The position numbers and the translations under genes are program-made. Of a stretch of 64,000 bases of DNA, positions 54,794 to 64,000 are shown in pieces. The DNA comes from Tubiluchus corallicola (Eukaryota > Animalia > Priapulida): contig JAQGDQ010000741.1 in NCBI GenBank assembly GCA_030141605.1, positions 1-64,000 on the forward strand. The letters are read 5' to 3'. Positions within the stretch are counted from its first letter, which is position 1. Every line of letters begins with the position of its first letter. The notes below the pieces were generated by a model. That model was not told the DNA's origin. It worked only from the letters and a program-made list of their open reading frames with translations, and ran no database searches.

Positions 54794-55877
54794 AGATAGA
54801 TAGATATTTTATTTCTGAAAATGAAATTTCCAATACGAAAATTACAAACTTGACGCATACCCGATGGTTTTATCAGCGGGCAGAACTCGGGTAATGATTT
54901 CCAGATCATACTAACAATTTGACTCAACATAGCTGCACAAGGTATATACACAGATATACAAAATTTAGTTGTAAACTCCATGAAACGATAAAAAACTATT
55001 AACAAAGCATTTGTACACATGTATTAAACAAATATTTTACCTATATGATAATCACAGTGATGCGGTTATATGTCCGCTAACAAAACTATACTATTTAATT
55101 CACAAATCTATGCATACTGTCGTAAATGAAATTTCCAATTGACATTAATTCTCCGTCAAATAAATTTGCAATATTACTATAATTTAACGCGTACAATGAT
55201 CTATAAAGTGCATTTCATTGCACTCGCACAAAAAATGTCCTTCTGTCTGACTTTCTATAATAATATAGAAATTTCCATGTAACATGGAAATTTGATAACA
55301 AAGATAAATAAATAATAATTTAGACTCTTAGCACTCTTGAGACCAGATATATTTGAATGTGTTATGTGTGGTTAGAATCGACTTCATCATTACTGAGCAC
55401 GTTGAGCTTTCTTAACCATTATCTTCTAACAATGGATTTGCACCTGACACCTTCACTTGCACCTGTTCCCGTCGTATCAAGAGGACACTCAAACCATTCC
55501 AAGTTTCATAAGACTTCTAGCTTGCTTAATTTCCTAGTCTCCCGGGAGGTGGCGCACGGGAATGGCCTGGTTACACATAGAGAGGTTTAGGAAGTCTTTG
55601 CGGCAGGCAGCTGATGAGAATGAGTTTGATAAGCTTTCGCTTTGGGAAGGACTTGATTAACATTGCCAACAAGAATTGTGCGCGATAAGCGCTAAATACA
55701 AGTCCAGCAGTCTTTTATATGTAATTTGTGATTTTTTATTGTCCAAAATGGGCAGTCATCGTCATATTCCGGAATCACTATCACATCATGACAGACTTGA
55801 CTGACTGACAGTAAAATAATTGGTTAAAGTCTGTTTATTATAGTGGTTAATGCTGCTTGCTGATTATTGTTGTTTAT

Positions 55878-56118
55878 TGTGTGGCGTGTGAAGTAGCCAC
55901 GATGGGCATGGCAAACTATCAAGACTTTATTTAATAAACTACACATTTATTAAACAACAAACACAACGCGGTAAATATAAGAGGATAGTAATACCAGCTC
56001 AACACGTTCGTCTAACTACCTAATGCGCCGTGAGCTTCTGCGCATAAGGATTACGTCATCAATCTTTACGGATGAGCCGTTCGAACATCAGTTGGTCACG
56101 TGATGCCTGACTGACACA
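55878..56118 (-). mobile_element. Solo LTR (4-bp TSD, Gypsy-like)
   Basis: TGTGT...ACACA termini with TTAT on both sides (55874, 56119); AATAAA signals on the minus strand near the left end. Confidence 0.55.
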
Positions 56119-56220
56119 TTATGTGCAGCTCAACTTCGTTTTGTCTGAAGCAAATAAAAACAGCTTCTGCTAATCCAGCGTCAAAACATTGATTCGTATA
56201 ATGATAAGGAATAATAATAT

Positions 56221-56589
56221 TGTTGTGGAGATCGCTGGCATCTATTAAAATTAAATTGAACATTGTAGAATGTTCCATTAGAATAATCGTCTTACCTTGT
56301 AGAATGTTCTGGAACAAAACTTCTAGAAGCTTCTCGGGCACCCTATATAAGGCGAAGCAGGCCGCTGAGACACACACACAGATTAACATGGACACCACTT
56401 ACACATTCTCTTTTATACTTGTATTTTCAGATACACTCAAACGTTTTCCAGATTTTCACGTATACTGTAAACATTTCGCGTTCCTTCATACTTTTGTGTT
56501 GTAGAAATCTCGCTTAATAAACTGGTTTAATTTGACGAAGTGTTTTCTGGTTTTCTCTACGAGCCTTCCGAGAGAGACAAAACACAACA
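56221..56589 (+). mobile_element. Solo LTR (5-bp TSD, BEL/Pao- or Copia-like)
   Basis: TGTTGTG...CACAACA termini, AATAT TSD (56216, 56590), TATATAA at 56344 and AATAAA at 56516. Confidence 0.8.
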
Positions 56590-57084
56590 AATATGGCGAA
56601 ATACGAAGAATTCAAACTTACATCTTTGCCGCATCTTACTAACTTGCTAAAGAGAACTCGATTGTCAAAATTTTGTTATAAAACGACACGACGTACTGAA
56701 CAAAAATGACTTCTTTCCTATCCTGTCTGCAAAATGAGGCCAATCGCCTGCTTCCTTTCTTTAACTTACATGTCATCAACAGCCTAATTTTGCAAAACAA
56801 AACAATCACAAGGACCACCACGTACTTATATGCGAAACAGGAATTTTCCCAAGTTTATAACTACAGGTAACTAGGATAAGTACATTACTGTATAACTAGG
56901 TAGTAAATAACTTATAGTAACTTGAACGGCACAAAATTAAATAATTAGTAAATGAACTTTTGTCATAATAGACTTGTTTAATTAATATGACAGCAAATGA
57001 TGAGCAGTGCAACAAAAAGTGTTCAATCATATTGGATTTTCTCAGCTAAACTATGACGGCTGTAAAGATAATAACGGTCATCCA

Positions 57085-57803
57085 GTATTGCGGATTTCGA
57101 TTTGAATCTGTTGAACAGTTTTTGTTGCACTGCCCATTGTATCAACAAACTAGGTTTGTTATGTTTGATAAATTAAATGAAATACTTCTGCCTGAAAACC
57201 TTAATATAGCTGCCTTAGGAACTAATGATCTGTTGAAGTTGTTATTATTCGGAAAAGACGAATTTAACTATGTTACTAACTGTAAAATATTCCAATGCAT
57301 ACATGACTTTATATTACGTACTAAACGCTTCCAGTAGTTTCTATCTGATATGAAATGCGTCAGTCTTAAATATTCGTACATTAATATCTTCTAACCGTCA
57401 TTTTCTACTAATGTCTAATGTAATCTTGTAGTAAAACTTGTCAGCTTGTGTAGTTATAGTCTATTCTTACTGTAAATGTTACTAATGTCTAATGTAATCT
57501 TGTAGTAAAACATGTCAGCTTGTGTAGTTATAGTCTATCCTTACTGTAAATGTTACTAATATATAATGTAATGTTGTAGTAAAACTTGTCAGCTTGTGTA
57601 GTTATAGTCTATTCTTACTGTAAATGTTACTAATGTCTAATGTAATCTTGTAGTAAAACTTGTCAGCTTGTGTAGGCATAGTCTATTCTTATTGTAAATG
57701 TTCTTGTAAATAGTGTATAACGTCTGTTGTGCTGAGCATTATAAATCATGTTGTTCAAACTGTCTGATCCAATCCTATAATAAATTATGTTTAAACTAAA
57801 CTA
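57085..57803 (+). mobile_element. CR1-group LINE 3' end (zinc-knuckle C-terminus, 3'UTR, tail)
   Basis: CGFRFESVEQFLLHCPLYQQTR...LLLFG...NCKIFQCIHDFILRTKRF*, a 3'UTR with a 74-bp tandem repeat x4 (57407-57700) and a (TAAAC)n tail. Confidence 0.85.
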
Positions 57804-58218
57804 AGATGTAATTCTGTTTAAAGAATAGACGCTTATCCTTTTAAAATCTGAATGGTCAATAAATACAGAAAAGTGAAATGTTGCAGTGACGTCATAGTGA
57901 GGTAAGATACTGTATTAAGAGCTATTAAAAACACAATTAATAAGTCAATAATTATAAGTCAATGACAATAAATGGGACATAAACATACACACAAAAACGT
58001 TTAAAATGTCAGCGGATTAAGACTTCAGAGGATCTAAGCAACGAAAGATGATGCTACCCTCGCATATGTGTAATTCACAACAAAAACTATTCTAAACTGT
58101 AAAACGAAATTTATCTTTTCTGATCGGGAAAAAAACTTGTCAAATTTATCGACAGTAAATTGCATAAAGAGTTTTAGACTAGAAATACAGAGACAACTCT
58201 AAATCTTATACAGACACA

Positions 58219-58452
58219 CAGGGCCTATTTCAGCCTAAGCGAGGCCCGGGGAAGTGGGGCGTGTGAGACCCCCTCGGGAACTGCTAGAACGCCGGAGAAG
58301 CATTTTCGAAGAGAACATATGGAGTTATACAGTTGTTATAGGAACGAACAATTGAATGTTCGCATAAAGCAAAAAAATGTTACCTCTGCGTGAGGCCCCG
58401 GGGAAGTATCCCCGTTTACCCCCCCCCCCCCGCTCCCCTGAAATAGGCCCTG
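58219..58452. mobile_element. hAT-type MITE
   Basis: Perfect 15-bp TIRs CAGGGCCTATTTCAG / CTGAAATAGGCCCTG; 8-bp flanks CAGACACA / CAGGGACA (6 of 8 match). Confidence 0.8.
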
Positions 58453-58587
58453 CAGGGACAGCCATTCAGCATGTCTACGTGCGAATTGGACATAGATGAG
58501 CTCATTACAAAAGAATCAGCATAATTTATAGTGGACAAAACGTTTCCCTGCAGACACAGTCATTGTGTACACTTTTATTTGTATTTC

Positions 58588-59048
58588 TTAAAGGAAGACA
58601 GGATGATTTTTCATAAAAATTTAGAATTTCAAAAATTAATATACTACCCCATTTTCAAGTCCGATAAAACATTTTAACACAATTAATACGGTAAAAGCAT
58701 TTCTGATAATTAAATCATAGATTAAAAACTTAATTAACGGCGGGCGAGCCCAACTGTTGATGACATCACAAACTAACATAATTTTCAACAGCAAAAATAC
58801 TCCACGAGCATGTTGCACGTGTTTGCGAAAGCGAAAATTGAAATACAGTGTTACTGTAAGATATTCAGTGTATTGCATTAAAACTAGGCAAGTTTTAAGA
58901 TAAAAATTCAAATTTCAAATTTACGCTGTACTCACGCATGAGCTGTCGAACATGTGTAGTTCGTCGAAAAGTAATACATATGAACTGGGAGGTACAGCGC
59001 CTGTTTTTTGTGCAGTGCGTTTCCATAATGCTGGCGTTGGTGCCCGTG
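58588..59048 (-). mobile_element. Kolobok-like family B (reverse, partial)
   Basis: TTAA-AGGAAGACAGGATGATTTTTCATA is the reverse of the family B 3' end. Confidence 0.75.
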
Positions 59049-59987
59049 TAGCACACGCACACATACACATACACGCAAACAAACATTGGTCAAACAAAGT
59101 GTCATGTTAGAGATCGTTTAAAGAAGCGTATACGTGATTATAAAAAATTATACTGCTGCTTCCCCCTGGGGAGAACATTATAAAAACAATTACTCTTTGC
59201 CATCACCCCCTTTAATGTGTCTATTTTATTTACAGCTAAAGATCACGTGGAAAGATTGTTAGCTGAAGCAGAATTGATAAAATGGCTAATCTTTAATTAA
59301 TATTAATAAGGGTTTTCAAATTAAAATTAAATGGATTTGTTTTGTTCCTAGTATTTTATATATTTTTTCTTAAATTTCTCATTTTTTAAATTTGTTCATA
59401 CTTCTTTCTCTTTTAAATTTTCTATTTGTTTTGTAATTTTTTTGACATCTTAAAAGGCTTTATAATTATGTCTCATGTCACAATTGTTCAGCATTTGTTT
59501 AATTAACACACTACAGACACTTGCAGTCCCGTTGCTTTTATAAAGATATCTGGTAGATATAATATTGGTTTCTAAAACACCACAAACAGTTGTCTTATGT
59601 TATTTGTTTCTGATAGTACACCACAAGTAGTTGATTACACCGTATATTTAAAATACAAATAAAGTCATTAATAGGGTCAGTTTTGGCTGTCTTTCAAGAG
59701 ATACAAACAGATTTCGGGTGCCATGTTTATCAGTGTCATTTTAGTTTTTTCTCAGTTAGTAATTGTAATGTTTTTTCGAATTTAGTTTTTTAATATAGCT
59801 TCTTAATGAAATTTGTATTCCTTATTTTAATGATCTTGTAAATTTTATTTGTAATTTTCATGATTGTATCTCTACCTTACGGCAAAAGCTCCCGATGAAA
59901 AATAAAAGTTTTTGGGAATTAAAGGGCACTTTCTCTTCTTTACGATTATGACCCTAACAGGTCTTAGAATAGCACTATCTTATTTTC

Positions 59988-60089
59988 ACATATCACGTTG
60001 AAAACACCGGTTAAGCAACGTAGAGCCTGGGTAGTACTTGGAAGTGTGACCGAATAGGAATACCAGGTGCTGTAGGCTTGCGGGATGCC
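59988..60089 (+). mobile_element. Second, internally deleted copy of the 5S-headed SINE
   Basis: 5S fragment with a ~20-nt internal deletion, followed by the same non-5S extension (GTAGGCTTGCGGGATGC) as the copy at 1624. Confidence 0.8.
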
Positions 60090-60867
60090 TCTAGTTTTTG
60101 AATCAGTAATTAGAGTATAGAAATTTTCAGTCAAAATACATGTTTGCCTTCCTAGTGAGTACTTAAAGGCATTTTGAGCACTGTAAGTATGACTCTGTCG
60201 TAGAACTGGCGCATTGGGAAACTGCCGCAGCGTCCTCTAACGTGACAAATCGTAAGTAATTCAACGAAGCCTGAAAATGAATTTGAAAGTGCACGGTAGG
60301 TGTCTCTGCGTTTTTGTTAATTCTTTTATTACTTACTAATGCATCTTTTTAATTCGATATTGCTTTATGTCATTCTGCGTGCTATACAATGATTATGTGA
60401 CGTACATTACACGTGTAATTAGTTGTCTTTGTAACTTGTCACTTCTGTTACATGTAACTATGTATACAAAACATTAATTATTAAACACTAAACATCTCCA
60501 TTAATGCCATTAATTATGCATAAGTATGCTTACGTTATCAAAACAACAAGGTTTAAGGCAATAAGATGATTTTATACAGACAAAAATAACACACTAGCAA
60601 ATAAAAACAAATTAGCCAACAAAATTTAAAACTATATTGTATATTTAAATAACTATACATAGATATATTATATATATATATTATACACATATTTTATAAT
60701 GTGCATGTGTAATATACTATATATTATAATATATTATATATAATATAATGATTATATATATTATATTATATTATATTATATTACATAACATATCATATAT
60801 CATATCATATTATATCATATATATATATATATATATTATATTATATACAAATTATATGTATATAACG

Positions 60868-60900
<33 letters not shown>

Positions 60901-60904
<4 letters not shown>

Positions 60905-61154
60905 TCCATATTTGGCAAATAAATGGAACTACATCAAAATTGAATTTATTGTCGACCGGTTTCGAACAAAATTGTTCATTGTCAAGGCATCTTAAACCAG
61001 AAATAGAAACAGTTCTATTGTTTTTCGATCTTGTTTCTGAATTCTGATCTTTTTTTTGTTTTAGACCTCTTGATAATGAACAGTTTTGTTCAAAACCAGT
61101 CGGCAATAAATTCCATTTTGATGTAGTTTCGATTTTTTTCCAAATATGGACAAT
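60901..61154. mobile_element. Foldback element with long imperfect inverted arms in a (TA)n tract
   Basis: TCCATATTTGG..AACTACATCAAAAT.GAATTTATTG.CGAC.GGTTT.GAACAAAA pairs with TTTTGTTCAAAACCAGTCGGCAATAAATTCCATTTTGATGTAGTT..CCAAATATGGA. Confidence 0.75.
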
Positions 61155-61519
61155 TCTACATACATGTCTATATATATATATATATAAATATATGCATATA
61201 TATTGTATAAGTATGATACAGCCAGTAACGTTTTATTAAATCATATGCTTGTCTATGTACATGTTGAATCAAGCACTGTGTAATATGAAAAGTAGATTGT
61301 GATTATTTTTTAATAGACATGCTAGCACGTCTTCAGTTTTAAGAAAACAAAAATAAGCTGCTTTATTATTAACTAGAATAGCAACTCTAATGTGCTTGGA
61401 TGTGTCTCATTTCTTGTAAAGTAAAACAGCAAGTTCTACAGTTAAATCATGGAACGTTGTTTACTGTTGTCGTGGAATCAGTTTTTTTCGTAACAATTTA
61501 GAATACTCATTGTTAGGAC

Positions 61520-63321
61520 AGATTCTTATTTTTATGTTAAAATAAAGAAACTTCAACAGTGTGACAATGCATGGAGCGGATCCATTTATACGTTAGAATA
61601 AAGAAACTGTAAAAATGTAACAATACATAGGGCAGATCCATTTATACGTTAGAATAAAGAAACTGTAAAAATGTAACAATACATGGGGCAGATCCATTTA
61701 TACATTAGAATAAAGAAACTGTAAAAATGTAACAATACATGGAGCAGATCCATTTATACATTAGAATAAAGAAACTGTAAAAATGTAACGATACATGGGG
61801 CGGATCCATTTATATGTTAGAATAAAGAAACCTTAACAATGTGACAATGCATGGAGCAGATCCATTTATACGTTAGAATAAAGAAACTGTAAAAAAGTAA
61901 CAATACATGGAGCAGATCCATTTATACATTAGAATAAAGAAACTGTAAAAATGTAACAATACATGGAGCAGATCCATTTATACATTAGAATAAAGAAACT
62001 GTAAAAATGTAACGATACCACGGGCGGATCCATTTATATGTTAGAATAAAGAAACCTTAACAATGTGACAATGCATGGAGCAGATCCATTTATACGTTAG
62101 AATAAAGAAACTGTAAAAAAGTAACAATACATGGGGCAGATCCATTTATACATTAGAATAAAGAAACTGTAAAAATGTAACAATACATGGGGCAGATCCA
62201 TTTATACGTTAGAATAAAGAAACTGTAAAAATGTAACGATACATGGGGCGGATCCATTTATATGTTAGAATAAAGAAACCTCAACAATGTGACAATGCAT
62301 GGAACAGATCCATTTATACGTTAGAATAAAGAAACTGTAAAAATGTAACAATGCATAATGCGGATCCATTTATACGTTAGAATAAAGAAACTGTAAAAAA
62401 GTAACAATACATGGGGCAGATCCATTTATACATTAGAATAAAGAAACTGTAAAAATGTAACAATACATGGGGCAGATCCATTTATACATTAGAATAAAGA
62501 AACTGTAAAAATGTAACGATACATGGGGCGGATCCATTTATATATTAGAATAAAGAAACCTCAACAATGTGACAATGCATGGAACAGATCCATTTATACG
62601 TTAGAATAAAGAAAGTGTAAAAATGTAACAATACATGGAGCAGATCCATTTATACGTTAGAATACAGAAACTGTAAAAATGTAACGATACATGGGGCGGA
62701 TCCATTTATATGTTAGAATAAAGAAACCTCAACAATGTGACAATGCATGGAACAGATCCATTTATACGTTAGAATTAAGAAAGTGTAAAAATGTAACAAT
62801 ACATGGAGCAGATCCATTTATACATTAGAATAAAGAAACTGTAAAAGTGTAACAATACATAGGGCAGATCCATTTATACGTTAGAATAAAGAAACCTAAA
62901 ATATGTAACAATACATGGGGCGGATCCATTTGTATGTTAGAATAAAGAAATTGTAAAATGTAACAATACATGGAGCAGATCCATTTATACATTAGAATAA
63001 AGAAACTGTAAAATGTAACAATGCATGGGACATATCCATTTATACTTTAGAATAAAGAAACCTCAACAATGTGACAATGCATGGAGCAGATCCATTTATA
63101 CATTAGAATAAAGAAACCTTAACAATGTAACAATCCATGGAGCAGATCCATTTATACATTAGAATAAAAAACGCCAACAATGTAACAATACATGGGGCAG
63201 ATCCATTTATATGTTAGAATAAAGAAACTTCAACAATGTAACAATGCATAAGGCAGATCCATTTATGTGTTAGAGTATAGAAACTTCAACAATGTAACAA
63301 TGCATGGGGCAGATCCATTTA
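61520..63321 (+). repeat. 56-bp minisatellite, about 32 copies
   Basis: Unit ATCCATTTATACATTAGAATAAAGAAACTGTAAAAATGTAACAATACATGGGGCAG. Confidence 0.97.
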
Positions 63322-64000
63322 ACGGGCATATTTGACGGCGCGTAGGGAAAGTGGGAAATCAGATTGTGATCAGATTAACGAGTCTTCTGTTGCGACTCTG
63401 ACAGCAATCTCGCATGTGTAAACTGATTTGCGAGTTACTGTTGACAAGTTATTGATAACTCTCCCGCAGTTAGTTATTGTCAAGTGTGAACGCTTTGGCG
63501 AGTTACTCTTAGGCAGCGAATAGAGAAGGGAGTGATAACTCGTGCTTACTGTCGGAGAGTAACTCGCAACAAATTTTGCTCTCTAGTCTGAACATGCTTG
63601 CGAGTTACTTGACGAGTTAACTTGCCCCTGCATAAAGATGCTACAGCAATTTCCTGTAGTATCTTAATTCAAAATTTCAACTTCTTAGGATGTGACAGAT
63701 TTTAAAAATAAATGTGACAACACCACTACCACCACCACAACAATAACAACCACGTGACCAAGCATTAGGCACCTTCCTATTTTATGCAGGATCAAACAAA
63801 CTTATCGCAGGGATTTTTTATAACTTTAATTGGTTTTTATCAAGGAACCTCCGATTTTTATGTACACTTCAGCAGTCTGAAACAGGAATCAAGCATTAAA
63901 CGACAGGTGTGTTGGTGAATGTGTCACGAACAGAACTAAATCGCTACCAAGTATGATCCTCTAATGTGAGACGTTGCAAGATGCCAAACCCATTATTGTA

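Noticed and set aside
55320-55700. Possible decayed LINE endonuclease fragment on the minus strand
   Set aside because: Too degenerate to recover a convincing motif by eye.
63322-63630. Possible MITE with recurring CGAGTTACT motifs
   Set aside because: Terminal inverted repeats are weak and no second copy or TSD is visible.

Overview
AT-rich animal genomic DNA, dominated by microsatellites, minisatellites and transposon debris, with an 863-N assembly gap at 30951-31813. Nearly every ORF in the supplied track is a simple-repeat artefact. The only host coding sequence I recognise is a minus-strand exon (5087-4893) encoding the signal peptide and two-cysteine pro-region of a myosuppressin-like neuropeptide precursor. 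I could not find its mature-peptide exon in the window. The remainder is a layered transposon landscape: a complete 5S-rRNA-headed SINE with a 12-bp target-site duplication (TSD) plus a short second copy, a tRNA-headed SINE, three TTAA-flanked Kolobok-like non-autonomous families (about 14 copies), an AWWT-targeting Sola-like family, piggyBac and hAT MITEs, Tc1/mariner remnants, RTE, RTEX and CR1 LINE fragments, Helentron-like elements carrying telomere-like repeats, and two adjacent solo LTRs. Notable patterns are at least 13 perfect CRE palindromes (8 inside the Kolobok-like families), several minisatellites whose units straddle transposon ends, filled/empty insertion-site pairs, and a possible chain of upstream minus-strand exons. 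I found no convincing novel multi-gene system. All family assignments were made by eye and from memory, without database searches.
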